Shown: piece after piece, positions 9,421-23,695 of the stretch | Layout of the letters: each line of letters opens with the position of its first letter | How positions within the stretch are numbered: position 1 is the stretch's first letter | From: Iphione sp. A-MEVVRFRX5 | Taxonomy: Eukaryota | DNA: 64,000 bases | Assembly (NCBI GenBank): GCA_976226885.1 | Contig: OZ320315.1 | Coordinates: forward strand, 53,630,001 to 53,694,000 | Direction of reading: 5' to 3' | The notes under the pieces: model-generated | Database searches by the model: none | What the model saw: the letters and a program-made list of their open reading frames with translations, nothing else | Told to the model about the DNA's origin: nothing | Made by a program: the position numbers and the translations under genes

Positions 9421-10944
9421 CTGCAGCTTTTTTTAAAATCTTGGACTAAAACACATCCACAGACCTTGGACCAATACAAAACTCAGGTGCAGGCCAAAGC
9501 CAGACCTGGCTTCAAGGATTTATACCTGATTTTTTACCAGGAAACCTCAAGGAGACTTTCTGAGTAAGGCAAGTGACATTACCAATGTGTAACCTCGTTC
9601 AGTTCAACACTCTCCAGAGAAGACCAGGGTATGTTGGTGTGAGAACTTTATCTGGCAAGAATAGTGTCTCACAAACTAGGGTGAATATGCCAGGGCTACA
9701 ATTGGCCAGAAGGGGAGCCTCCTGTGACCCTTACATACTCAGAAAACGTCCTCCCCTCAGAAACACTTGTTTAAGAGGGAGAAGACAGACTAGGTACCTG
9801 GAGTGGTAGGACAGCACATCCGCACACTCCAAGCAACAAGCACAGAGTGACTAGATTTCATGCAGCTCATGCCATGGTATAACGTCACTGACCATGTGAT
9901 TAATTACGAGTAAGCACATGACCCTGGGCATACGAATCAAATTTCTGACCTCTTTCTTAATGATTATAGTCTCAGTATGATCCTTGCTTTTCCAGTAATG
10001 CTTGCTTTTCTGTTTGTAGACTGTCATGTATGTTGTGCCAAGGAAAAACACAAGTGTAGGACAATGGTGCTATCTGAAGGGATAGCTTAGAGCTGGTAGA
10101 AGAAGCATGGATCCCCTGGTGAGCCCCGAGTAGGAAGTTCCAGGTCCCAGTGTCAGTTGAGTTGGTGCATTCATTCTTCTCATAGATGCCTACCTCTTGG
10201 TATCGGGTAAAAGGCGTCCCTGAGAAATCATTATCCTGGAACAATGAACTGGAGCGTGGACCTCATGATATGAAATAAACCTGCAGAGTCAACTGGTCCT
10301 TGGAAGGCCACATTTGGAACGGCATAATTCCAGTCTCTGTTGCAGTCCGACCTCTTGTGTGGTCTCATTTTATCGAGTAATGCATGCCTTCGTTTCTGTC
10401 AAAAGCCGATCTCTCAAGCTGGCCATCCCTATAATGCGATCTCTTACTTAGAGTTGACTGTGCAGTTTGTCTCAAGATTTGCCCGTGTCGAGCTGTGGGG
10501 TACAGGCGCAGGACCAATATGAGAAACATGATTAAACAAAGCTAGATCGGCCAAAAACGATACGGCCGTAACTGGCCCAGGAATTGAAAGTATAATGATT
10601 CCTCTGGTGACATGATCAGTTTTTTAACATCATAAAATGTTAGCATGGTGAGTCATGCTCCCCTTATTGCGAGGTCATTGGTGTTTGGATTTCACCAAGA
10701 GACCTCTGTGATAGACGGTTCCACTGTCTTCTCAGGCGTCGATCATCATCAAGCATCTTAAATGTTTCCATAATGTGACTAATTGTTTCGCTAGTCAACG
10801 TAAGACAGTTCTGGGTCCTCTTAAAACAAGAACTGTCAGATAAATGGTAGTGCAGAGTTACACCATGTACACCAGAGTTGCCATGTATTTGTATGTGTTG
10901 ACTAAAACGAGTGCCAATGCGTCGACAGCCTCTTAAGTGTGGTC

Positions 10945-11100
10945 TTATTTTTATTCCACACACACTTTTCTACGTATATTTGATCGAAACACACCTATTT
11001 TGATGATATTTGCGGCAAAATTCATAGTTAATTCAAAACGCAAACGGCGTGTACAGAGAAAAAGCGTCATCTTGAACGTTGGTTGTGTGGAATAAAATAA
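10945..11100. mobile_element. Short (about 155 bp) element bounded by a 17-18-bp inverted repeat, possible MITE
   Basis: ttatttttattccacaca (10945-10962) versus tgtgtggaataaaataa (11084-11100). No target-site duplication identified. Confidence 0.4.
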
Positions 11101-11194
11101 TAACCTTCTGTTCGGTTTAGGTTTTACTGATGGTGTGACTTAATCTGTATGGAGTTCTGGGAGGCACAAGAAAACAGAGAGTTTTTCTACACGG

Positions 11195-12665
11195 CTAGTG
11201 GTGTCTCCCTTTCCATTTGGCATCCATCACGTTCGGGCCGTGAGATGCAAGGCTGTGCATCTTCTGGATCCAATTGAATTCAATTGTGTCTCTGAGGTGC
11301 TTTGCCTTTAGGTCCATAGGGTGGGCATGGATGAAGTCCAAAATGTGAATTTCAATATCCATGGTTCTTGAGTGGTCATTTGCGTTAAAGTATTTGCAGA
11401 TGGTCGACCCTTGCCTTTTGTGGGTAATGTTGCCAAAATATCCTTAGAATCTACCCATCATGCAGTTCTTAGTCTGTCCCACATACTGTAATCCATAGCG
11501 TTTACATATCATACAACAGATAAGGTGACAATGTATACTTGCTCTGGTATTCGCGCCCAGAAGTAATGATTCTGATCCTGCTGCTTTTGGTAATTTTCAG
11601 ACAGTGCCTACACCTGGCCATGTTGCAGGGATTCCTGGGGCTAGTATGTGTGTTACCTATCCCAACTGTCTCTTGTGGCAATGCTATCCTAACAAGATAC
11701 TCTCCGGAACCTCCGATTGTGGTTCTGCCTAATGGCGCAAGACTTTTTGAAGCTGCCCCAGTTGTCCCGTAATGCCTTTTTGAAGGTGTTGTAGATGGGT
11801 TGATATATGGTCACTGCTATGTTTGGTAGTTTGTCTTCTTCGGTATATTTGTGTCTTTCCTCCAACAGCAATTCCCTACTGATTAATGCGGCCTTTGCAT
11901 AGATTTACACTACCACATCTGCCGGGTATCCTGGATCCTCTGGCCATCCACTAGCTTTGTGCCAATGCAAAGTGATGCCCTAGTGTATCTCCTCAGCATG
12001 GAACAGATTCTTCTCGGGCGAAGAAAATGCCCGGAAGGATATGCCTCGGAGACAATGTTTTGGATGTGCCGAATCATACCTTACTTAATTATTCCTTAGT
12101 TTGTGGTACATATCTGTGCTGATCTTACTACTCTCCAAGATGACCGTGCAATCCAGAAAACTTACACATTCAGTGGAGAGCTCCATGTGCGGTTAATGAT
12201 ATGCTGTTCACACGGCTGTTCAGGTGAACATAGAAATTCATCCAGCTCCCTCTGACCGTGTCCACACAAGGAATATGTCATCTATGAACCGCACCCAGAG
12301 CAAGGGTTGATTTTCATAGGAGCACATAAATTTCTCCTCCAAGTCCACCATGGATAGGCTGCATAAGTCGGTGCCACCCTAGTGTTCATGGCAGTCCCCG
12401 ATATCTGCAGGTAATGTATCCCTGTAAACTTATTCATGGTTAGTACCATTCGTAGCAGGTGGCATAGGGTGGTGTTTGTAGGCCCACAGTCCAGTTTGCC
12501 TCAGTGTTTGACTAGAGTATGGGCCACAACCTATGGACCACCCAACAAAGGGATGTTGGTGTACAGGGATGTTAAGTCAAGGTTGCGCAGTATAGAGCTC
12601 TCTGGTAAGGTGTAAACTCTATTCAGATCAATGAGGAACATATTGAGTTTGAAGTTTTTGTCATT
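11195..12665 (-). mobile_element. Penelope-like element #2, 5'-truncated and decayed (RT plus C-terminal GIY-YIG endonuclease)
   Basis: Reconstructed across stops and shifts: LDLTSLYTNIP, SGTAM, RFIDDIF (12271-12291), SFLD, YDSAHP, linker TIYQP...DNW, and GIY-YIG ICKRYGLQYVGQT (11471-11485)...RF...RDTIEFNWIQ...GPN, with the stop at 11195. Confidence 0.85.
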
Positions 12666-15600
12666 GTGCCGGCACCTAAAAAGTACATCATGTAGATTTC
12701 TATTTTTTATTTGTCATGCAAACTGATTTTGCATATGTACATTTATCTTTTAGCACAGCACAGATATGGACAGTCATAATATAGGATTCTATGAAGTACT
12801 ACAGCAGGCATATGAACATAAATTTTTGTTCCCTAACCGTTGGGATGAGACTTATGAATATCTTTGTTAGACCCTTAGGCATCAATTTTCGAAAATAATG
12901 TAGTGTATTCGTCGAAAGAATATTTCTCTGTGCATACTTTTACTAAGACATTTCTCTTTTAATTCTAAGACAAAATTTTGCCATACAGTCGAACTCACCT
13001 ACGTGGTTTTTTTTTACATGTATGTGTGTATATCTTAATAAAGTAAACAAAACAGTCCAAAGATTTCACTGCTCTACATGCCCTTTTTTGAAACGATTAA
13101 GAATTGAAAGTTATAATTTGAAGGACAACGAAAGGACATTCTTCGTGTACCACAAGACTGCAGCGTTCAATTAGACTAAGCAGAATAGGAATGAGCACTG
13201 AACAAAATTTTTGTCTTGCTATTTTATTATCCGCTGTTATTAATCTTCTCCATAGCCTGGTAGGGAAAAATGTGTAGTACATGACCGATAACCTTGTTTA
13301 AATGTAAATGGAACAATTTATCAATGACCTTGTGTGTATGATAAAGAACGAGGACACATTCTGCAAAATGAACGGTGATCTAGAGAGTGTGCATTTTACT
13401 TTGCATTTAAGAGCTGAATCTTAATTGACGTGATACCACAATGTTTGACAGGGTGGTTAATTTAAAAATAGATAATCATGCTTTTGTTAATAATTTCCAC
13501 ATTTCTTGCCGGATAGGAAATCAACCATAATAAATCTTGCCGGTTTGCTCTATGGTTAAGAATTTCTATTCATAAAACAATTGACTTGTTTGTACATTTC
13601 ATTAGAAAAACGACATATCGATGTATTGGAATTGCATGAGAGATATATTCCCATTTTGTATAAGTTTTAATGCTTCGAATGTGTGAATGAATATTATAAT
13701 TGTTGAGATTTTTAATTAAAAGAAACACAAGTACACTTTGTAACCAAAGTAAAAACCAAACCGTGCATTATAACCATACAAGGAAAGTATTAGTACACTT
13801 ATACTACTAATCCAGTCAGGTTCTTTGACACCTTTCACCGGGACATTCTCACCTGCATACCTGCGTAGTGTGAAAAAAATGTATTGAATGGCAACAAATG
13901 CTAAACAGTGTCGTCATACTTAAAGGGATACTCTCTGGATGTCTAATTTAATATCAAATTTTCCTGAAGCATTTTGAGTGATGACTGACCACCACCTCAA
14001 TCCAAACTGATGTTTTTTCCTTCCTGGACTGAATATATTTTTGTACTTGGTCCTATTTGTAACTGAGCACAGCCATTACCTGTACTTATTTGCGCCCCTT
14101 TTCGTATAATAAATACCCCCCCCCCCACATCTAGTACCTTTCTTCTGAACTGCTGCTGCGACAGGTTTGCATAGAACGTTGCAAATTATATATGAAATAT
14201 ATATTCCGTATATAACAGAAGCTAAACATGAAAAATAATTCGTTAAATAAAACTTCATAAGTGTAAAGTGCACTTAATATTTCAAACAAAAACAGTGCAG
14301 CTCAAATAAAGTACAGTATACAATATACCTATACAGTGCATCCTTGGCCCATATTTTACACACACACACACACCAGCAGAAGCTGCATTTTCTTGCATTA
14401 TTTTCTGTATTTAAACAGGCAGTGCTTCTATTGACTCCAACACAATAGACTCAATAATACCACTTTCTTTTTTATATCTCTTGCATTTGTAACTTGGCCT
14501 GGAAGGAAAAATATCACCTGGTCAAGCTACTGAAATCCTGAACTTCTGTCGATTACCCTTTTTCTCATTAGGTGTTTCTGTTGTGGAGGTCGGGTAGCCG
14601 TACATCATATAAAATTCCACTCATGTTGAACATTCTTTCATTGATAGCCTACAATGAATATCACCGATGGTTTGAAGTGTATACATTCTATAATTAGAAA
14701 ATACGATGAAAGACTTTCAATAAAACTGTGTTAGCTACATCACATTTCTGCCCGTGCAGGGACATGCCGTTTGTATCAGTTGATGGTATCAAATACGAGA
14801 TGTCCACTTAAAACCTCATAGCTCTCAATGTTTTTAGCCCTTGAGTGGGTAAAAAAGCTTATCCAAAGAAGATTCGGCAATACTCCTGTTAAAGTATTAT
14901 TACTGTTTACTATTTATTACACTGATCTGCGAATAATTTGATAGAGACGTGTGCTTCCACATGAAAAAATGGCACTTATGGCCAAGACATACCAGCTGAA
15001 ATGGCGATATCTAGAAATGGGAATGAAGCAACATTATCTAATTTAATGTAACAATCCCAAAATAGATCCATGCATGTATAATCTTCCTTTGACACTGATA
15101 AAGTACTGTGTTTGTTTTAAACCGGTTCTAATGTAATACTTTATCGTCCATTTTTATACAAAAATCTACAGAAACGGAGATAGAATGTACTTTCACTTCT
15201 TCTAAACTATTTTCGCACATCGAATATCAATCTAAATAGATTTATATGTAATATACGAGTAAAATACGTACTCCGTGTAATTATGACATGAAAGGAAACA
15301 TGCAAAGGTTGATTAAGATTAAAAAAGCATGTATTTAAAACTGCAGTATCACTGGAGACTCTAAATTTATGTACATATATCACAATATGGAAGCACGAAC
15401 ACATGCAAACATGTTAAAACAGAAACTGGAAACCATATCTGAATATGGTTGACCTTCTGTCTTAAATACATTCATACTGTGTCTTCACTGAAACGTGAGT
15501 CTAAAGTACACCTACAGAGATAGATATGAGGTTAGTCATGTGGCTAATGGCAGCTACATATACTTCGAACACCCTTGTAAAGTTCTACAATTTTATTCAG

Positions 15601-17271
15601 AGATAATCCTTAAAGATGAAAGAATATAAGGTTCAGGACTCAAAGGGCTGGCAATGAAATGAGACTAGTCTGAGCCAACAGTAGATCGCATATGAAAATT
15701 ATTGAAAACATTCGAATAATTTCTCCGATTTGATTGTTTCTGAATTAGATTTAAGTAGTTCTCACTCGTAAGAAATGATCTCCACCCGCTGTACACGCAA
15801 TAACACAGACATGTTTGAGATGCTTACGGTTATAATTGCACATAGCTTATACCATGTGACCTAACCTTTATCTATAACAGGATAATGTATCTCTTGCACT
15901 GACGAATTCCTTATTAAGGATAACAATGCCAACCTCATAAATGGTAAGCGTGCATGGCGTTACGATTAGGTTTCCATAAGATGATATTTGGCATATTTAG
16001 ATGAATGCCACCTGCCGTGAAAACCCAGCATTCGAAGATATGTACGTACTGTTAGCGATATTTGACTAGTGTACGAATCCAACCAGACGACCAGCCTTTT
16101 TCCACGAACAGATTTACTAGATTAAATGTTGACTTGCAGTCCTTTCTTTTAAAAAGCTTTTCCCAGTTAAGCCTATGATAATTATCAGAGGCAATTAATG
16201 AAAAAATGGATGCATGCTTCCAGTTTCCATGCAAAACCTAACATCCATGACATACTCTCTTTCCATGGGGTAGCGAAAAAATAATTGCCTTCGCTATTAT
16301 GCACATTTTTTTTACATTTCTGTTGATATTTACATGGGACCAAAAGATTTGCTCTCTGTTGTTCGGTTCATCATTTAAAGACACGAGGAGTCCTGTACAA
16401 TTGTGGTTGTGTTTTTTTTCCTTCTCAATGGGGAAACATTCAATTCATTGGGCCCCTAGTTACGAATATCCATAATATACAGTGTATTGCTTTCCACGTA
16501 CTTCATCAGCTTGACCAGCCTTCTGTGTTCTCTGTATTTGTATGCATCACCTGATACATGTAATAGCGTAACATCCTTCTACTCCACATCACTGTACGGA
16601 GGACCCCTGAGTGGCTTAATGGAATTGGAATGGATCTTGAAAGCAGCCTAACATTCTGTGCTCTGATGAATATTTCATGGTGACACTTGCAACAATCCAC
16701 TTGGGTATGATGGTATTAATAAGCAAGAGCTTTTACACATTGACTGCTAAATTTCATTCCCTTAAAATAGTTTACTGTCAGAACTGTGGGTGCAACAATA
16801 CATTAGCAGTCACGCGAGGAAGACTAGGCAAAATATTTGAACTGTTGCAGACTCCTGCTCATAAATATAAACAAAGTGTACACATCAATACATAATACAT
16901 AAACCCATTAGCAACCGGGAATGAAGATGAGTTATTCACAAAAACCGCAACCTGGATCATTTGCACGAGTTACTGGCCCTGTTTTTAATATCTTAGAGCG
17001 TGCACCCCACACATCCATGACATAGATGTAATAACATTGCCAAATGAAATAATGTACCTTTCCACCGATACACTCATTTCACTTTTTTCTGTTCAACAAA
17101 CGAAAGAGCATAATACTGCAAATGAGAGTTACACTTCCCGACAAAGACACAGCCAGATGCTAGATTAACATATTTTTGTAATCTTATTCACGATGTTTTT
17201 CTCTCGGGTGACACATAGGTTTTCTTGTGTCATTAAAGGACTGGGAAAAAGAAGACAAGTTGCCTTGGTGA

Positions 17272-17823
17272 TCATTGCGCTTTCTGCTTGGGGCTCCCAT
17301 TGATGAGTGTGTTAACGACTCGAGTACCCTGCCCCTGGCGCTCCTGCTGATCAGCGTCGGCCTGCTGCTTGGGGCCCCAGTGTAGCTGGAGAATGTTGCG
17401 GATGACGACGTAGTCGAGTACGATGTTGCCCACGTACCAGGCCGGAGCATACAGCGGCGTGATGAGGCCCATGTAGTGGTAGTCGAAGATGGTGTAGTCC
17501 CAAGCGCAGGCGTTGAACTGGGTGAGCACCCAGCCCGTGGCGAACTCCCACACGTATGACCATAGCGTGTAGATAGCGGCGCGCGCCAGCAGCGGCACAC
17601 GGCCGCGCATACGCAGGTACATCTGCTCGATCATCATGCAGCACAGACCGTAGATGAAGAAGGACCAGACGCTGGTGTTTCCGGGAAACTTCCAGTTATG
17701 GTTGACGACAAACTCCCAGCCGGCCGTGAAAAGCACTTCAGTGGCGAAGCCATGCAGCGCGTACACGTAGAAACGCCCGAGTGCAGACAGCGGTTTCACT
17801 GCTAGCCCCTCCGCCGCCGCCAT
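17272..17823 (-). CDS. TMEM229B: Transmembrane protein 229B-like (multi-pass membrane protein), single coding exon, 183 aa
   Basis: Recognised from memory as closely similar to vertebrate TMEM229B: PLSALGRFYVYALHG..EVLFTAGWEFVVN.NWKFPG.TSVW..FIYG...E.MYL..RGR.PLL.R..IYTLW.Y.WEF.TG..L.QFNAC.WDY..FD...MGLIT. High GC at third codon positions. A splice acceptor (tttcctcaacAG, exon start 17871) implies an upstream untranslated exon. Confidence 0.95.
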   Translation of the reverse strand: MAAAEGLAVKPLSALGRFYVYALHGFATEVLFTAGWEFVVNHNWKFPGNTSVWSFFIYGLCCMMIEQMYLRMRGRVPLLARAAIYTLWSYVWEFATGWVLTQFNACAWDYTIFDYHYMGLITPLYAPAWYVGNIVLDYVVIRNILQLHWGPKQQADADQQERQGQGTRVVNTLINGSPKQKAQ

Positions 17824-18638
17824 CTCCTACTTGTCAACTCGACAGGACTCGAATCTCGTACGCAGTCAACTCTGTTGAGGAAAATACTTTCTCAGGTCAA
17901 GACAAAACAACTAATCAATACGGTTATACGTAATAAACTAAACAGGGCAATATCTGAACCTATGAACCATTAAAATACACAAAGAAAAAACACACACCAC
18001 AAGATGCACATGTACCAAAGAAACGGCGACAGCGCGATTGCCAAAAATATTTGTACAAGGAGCTGAGTAATTAGAAATATTACGACGGTCCGGCCATTGT
18101 TAATCTAAACATTTGCTGTAAGACAAGAAAAACCAAGTTGTTTAATAAAACACAGATTCCCCCAGTTGGGAATATACGTACAGTAGAGTTTCAACTATCC
18201 TAGGAACCAGTAGGAGACAGACCACAGAGTGGTTAGTTCTGTCCAGAGCCAATATGGTTATTTTAGTACATGTATGTAGCAGTACATACATGTACAAGTA
18301 CATGTAGATAATGACCCCCTTTCAAAGAGGACATTCATTGACATTAGACAGTATCTCTGTGAACTAGGGATGACCACCTTACAGGTGGCACAGTGCACAT
18401 ATACGCAGGTGCGTAGCAAATTATGTGCACTGGCACCGGTTATGAACTTTCTGATAGTAACTGATAAGATAACAACTATTAATTTCAAACAGTTTGTTAT
18501 CTCTTATGCTCAAGAAAAACTATATCTCAGAATTGGGGAAGCGTACCTAAGAAGAACCAAGAGCATATGAATATAAACTGAAACTGAGGACACCCTCACA
18601 GCCATACTGAGCTCGATATGCGGGGCTCTGGAGATGCG

Positions 18639-21600
18639 TTAGTATTTCCTCAATTGACCAGTCTCTGATAATAATGAAACACCACCTTCTTTAGAAGCTG
18701 GTGAATGTAAACATGTGGGGAAATTGAATGTAGGTGGGATAAGGATATGACTAAATAAACGACTTCTGACTGGCCCGTGGTCAACTTGACTAACGATATA
18801 TTGATCACTTGTACGTGTATCAGGGAGTCGGGTCAATACAGAGGAATTGACCTTTCCCTGGGTAAGAAACATACACTGAAAAGTTGGATGATGCAACTTA
18901 GAGGTGCTTACAGATAGATGTCTGCATTTTCCAATCTCTTAGCTGTAGTAATCAATGCTGTCGGTCACATCGTTATTCAACTATTACGAGCAGGCATCCT
19001 TTTAACTGCCCAGCAATATGTTGTAATTAACTTGCAAGAAAAGGTGATAATCTTGATAATTAAAGCAACCTCGAGCATCTCGGCATTATATGCATGTAGT
19101 GCTAAAATGGTTCACTAGACAAAAATGAAAAATGAGCATTATATAGCAGAAGGAAAACTACCTTGCCTTTAGTGAAGTGATGTTCTGAGAAGCAGAGGTT
19201 CCTTCCTGCTATACATAAGACAGGTGGCGGAGGGCTTGCTTCTTCTCTGAATACCCCTGTCTTTAACAGTTGGCGATCGTCATCAGATAGTACCTTTTGG
19301 TCCCAACCCTCTGACGATCTGGAACGATCAAACGCCGTCGGTGACTCTTCATACAATGCACTGACGGCAGCTGTAGTGGTGGTGGGGCGGTGGTAGTGGT
19401 GGTACTGGAGGTGGGGCTTGTGGGTGGGTGGTACGGGACTGGGTGGTAGTAGAGTGGTCGTTGGGAGTACTGATGACTGTCTCCCGGGACAAGTAATCAC
19501 TGCGGTGAAACTCCAAACGAAATGTACTTCGTGACTTGCTCTTCACATGAATAAAAGAGCGACTCTTCCCGCAGGGAACAATTTTTCAAACCTGTAAACA
19601 TTCTAGCTGGGCATACATACACGGCCATTTATTTAGAATGTGGATCTATGGTTCAATAGCTACTGCCAGGTCTCATCATGGCATGAAGTTATATAAGACC
19701 AAAATAACACCGTAACGAGGCGAGTCTCTTTTCACTGCCTGCTGTGCCGATATGGCTTATCTGCTGGCACATTTCAACAATGAATTCTCTAGGGACAGGC
19801 GTCCCAGCACTCGTTATCTGCCTCTATCGATTATCATGGCACCAACTTAACTCGCCAACGAGCATCTTGCTCCAGTGAGCCGGTAAACCACTCAGCTGAG
19901 ATAAGGAGACCTACTTTTCCGTTTTCTAACCAGTGCAGCAGAGGCCAACAAGGGAAAATTTTGCATGGAAAAAGATCGCTAGCACTCAGAAACTCACGGA
20001 TGTGTTTTCATATGCACTAGCTGTCCGACCTATCCGAGTGAACATCAACAAAATGCCGTGAATGTCCTATTTGGGAAATGACGATGCACGTGTAGTGTAC
20101 CCGTACATCAGTATGCATACTTTAAAAAAAGTGGGCCTAAAATATTTAAGTGCATACACATTTATAATGTATAAAACTGTGAATGATAAATGATTGATGA
20201 ATCATTCCACGTACAGAGTTATGGAGACAAAATGGTCAAGTGACAAACTACGGAATGGGTGGTGAACTTTGATGGATACTAGGTTATTTTCTGACGACGT
20301 TACTCTAGTTATACCTTAGTGAGTTTAGCTTCATACAAACGATGATTTGAGATCATTCGTTGCAATATAATTGAGTACTGTGTGAGATCAAGCAAGCCCA
20401 TTACATGTTTTAGTCATGCTTACGGGGAAACTACCTTTACGAGAAGCGGTGTTGTTTCTGAGGGAAATAATGGTGGAATGTCGTAGAGACGTCAAAGTAA
20501 CGGACAAAGGGTTATGACAGTGTTCGTTAAATTATTTATCCCCGTCGGCGTTCTTTGAAGGCGTTTGGGGACCCAAGGAAACTTAACCAGTCAACAGTGG
20601 GGACACAGCCAAATTCCTTTTAGCAGAATACAGTCTTTTAGAAACAGGTTAGGATGGGGTTTGAAATTCGAGCCGCAACAATTTCTCAGGGTGGTCTTAC
20701 CCTGACAGCAGGGACGCACACTTGGGAGGTGTTGCCCTTGGTGCGGACATGATCTTCGCACGGTAATATTGCCATGGGCAGGTAATGCCTACCATCTTGC
20801 CTTTTCTTCATTACTAGTTGAGTTCCCCACGTCCAGTTCCTCAAGCTTTGAGGATAAATGCAAACACCGATTATACACGTATACCTATTCCACTTTATTT
20901 CTATAGATTGCAAGTGATAACGTTATTCAAACAAAGATCGTAGGTTTGAAAATGGTTCTGCTTTGTTAATCAAGTGTAAATGCTACTGCATAAATATATG
21001 ACAGTGCTCGCCTTGGTTTGGAATGTATACACGTGCATCTTTCCCGGTTGATATATTGTCTTTGATGGCGATGCACAATGTATACATTACCAAACACTAA
21101 GCATAGACGTACTTTCTGTCAATTAATGGACTGTCTTTGCTCAATGCAACAAAACCTAGGAGTACAAGTCAACTTCATGTAATCCCTTCAATAGATCGAT
21201 GGAAATATGAAGTTGATTTGTTAAACCAGCCTACTGACGACTACCTTCATGCCAACATCCATTCAGGACCAACATACACAGTAGCGGCACCTGGTGTTTT
21301 CCAGTATTTTGATGGCGTCACCTAGTGCGAAAAAACAGAACTAGGCCTTTACGGTTGTTGATCCTCAGCCTTTTACTCTGCACTTGCAGTAAGACATTTG
21401 TGCCATTCACCAACTACTTATGAAATAATCTTCTAGAAAACGGGTATAAAAAATCATACTCTTTATGAGATAGATGCAGATAGCTGACAGTACCTGGTAG
21501 CACTGTTGGGGTAAACATACATGTGAACATCTATAGACTATAGACAATGCTCCTTTTCACATCCATCTACAATGAAACTTCTTAACCTAACAAAACAAAA

Positions 21601-22213
21601 CAATATTATTTTTCAGTCTGCAGAACGTGGCAAGTGTGTCTGTATCAGGTGATACTACCTTGAATGAGTGAAAATGTTCTACTGTAACTGCCATTGCTAT
21701 GACAAATCATTCCATCCCATTGTGATGGCACTGTCTCACTATGGGTACCCCTAGAGACATCAACAAACTGTAGTTTTTGCCACTTTTTGGCTGTTCATGT
21801 CAGGAAAGCATCACCAATGTGGTGGAATGTGGAATGAATGATGATTTTTCATTCTGAGGTGGGTTTGTTCAAGGTTTCGCGGTGGCTCATCACGCATCAT
21901 GTGTTTGCTGGCTTCAAGGTGTACAACAGCTGTTGATTTTGGTTGCAGTAACAATTCATTAGTGCAACTGTTTGGGATCTGTCATGCATTCTGGATTGTG
22001 TCCAGTGTTGTGTGATCAAAGGGATCCACTCATGGTAATCACACATTGAGAATAAGCTGATGCCTGCCCATAAGAATAAAACTTTTTAGAATAATTCAGT
22101 CCCGTGTTTTCTGCACATGTACATGTAGACATAACTAACTTTTCTTCTTGACCTAACACGAATAACAACCTAGATCATTTTTTATATGACAAGCGCCTTC
22201 GGCACTTGCACGT

Positions 22214-22292
<79 letters not shown>

Positions 22293-23321
22293 TGTGTGTG
22301 TGGCTGACTGAGGGGGGCATGGTTTTATGCACAATGCATTTTGATTGGCTAATGGGCTTCCAAGGTCAAAGGGTGAATTAGGTCATGTTGACAATATCCC
22401 TACTCTAACTGAAAAAGTAGTGCAGTTCTTCCCATTCACCACAAATGATAATCTCTTTATCATGCTCAAAATATGGATAGATAATTTTCTTCCTTAATGA
22501 AGTGTCCCTAGGTATGCTTCAAGAAGATAAAAAGTGTACTTTTCTGAAATACCACTACTATGAGATGAGACTTCATGGTGACGGACTACTTTCGGGAGAC
22601 GTTTTTAATAGGTAGGGTAATGAACTAATAATTATGAATTCATGTCAGCATTAAATATTTTAATTTTTACACTATTAACGAGAAACAACACCATTTTCAT
22701 GCGAGAGACTCTACAGATGGACTTATAATCGTTTCATCTGATAGCTCTATCATAAGCTGAACAAAGGGGTGGAGACTGAGCCATTGTGGACTTACTAGTC
22801 GGACTTAACCGTTTTGGACTTATTACATACACGTTTATGGAGCGTAAATTATCTTTTCGTCGAGCCATTATGTATCAGAGATTCCCTGCATTAGTAACAC
22901 TCATTCCCTATCTTGGTGAAACTGTAGCAAGAATTTTACCTGCACACGTTCACTCATACCCCTCTCATCGAAAATGCAACGACCGACGAAACTTATACGT
23001 ATATCCAACACTACTGCCTGTGTCACTTTATAGTTGCGACCTGAATGTGAGACTTCATAAACAGACAACATCCACATAACTGACCAAAATGTCTGCAACC
23101 ACCCAGTGGTAGATAACAAGGGTCGACTATCTTCTGGTGGTCGCCTCGGTGATTTTCCGTCATGCAACTTACATGGCAGATCGATAAGGAAACAATCCTT
23201 CTGACATGTTACATTGTACGAGGAATTTGTAAGTACACCTCAAGGCAATGCTGCACCAAGAGCGGGTTCTATCTTGAAGTTCACTGTTGCTCTCAATGAT
23301 CTTTGTCTCAATGTCTTTAAA
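18639..23321 (-). other. Candidate spliced gene or pseudogene of unknown function (hand-built 7-exon chain)
   Basis: GT-AG exons 23321-23173, 21586-21521, 20845-20701, 20066-19998, 19895-19711, 19591-19162 and 18857-18639 join with compatible phases into 421 codons containing 3 internal stops. No recognisable domain. Exons were chosen by eye, so selection bias is likely. Confidence 0.28.
22218..22284. repeat. (GA)n microsatellite followed by a short (GT)n
   Basis: Direct reading. Confidence 0.97.
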
Positions 23322-23695
23322 CTGTGAGGGAAGTGAAAAATTGTTTCATGTTAAGCATTCAAGAAATGGCAGACAGTCATGTGCCCTAAATACAGGAATG
23401 CATCTGTTTGCATTTTTGTTAGTTTAATGATATTCAATAGACCTTTCAGATGCTAACAAATGTATATGAGGGATATGTTCGCATCCATTTACATTTCTAT
23501 ACCAGTCCAAGGTAGGCTATCATGCAAACGCGTACGTGCCTCCATAGAAGAGCACTGTACATAGAAGACAACTGGGAACAAGGTGGTATTATATCATCAC
23601 ACACGTCTCTGGGGGAATACACACAACGCACCATTGTCCATGAAAAGTATATCATGTACATGTGAACAGGGCCTAAGACGGAGCAAATTCAACTA

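Noticed and set aside
9570-10940. Coding-like fragments (for example RDRIIGMASLRDRLL, HDSLQTEKQALLEK, LCACCLEC)
   Set aside because: Multiple stops and no motif I can assign. It may be a decayed transposon, but needs a TBLASTX or Dfam search.
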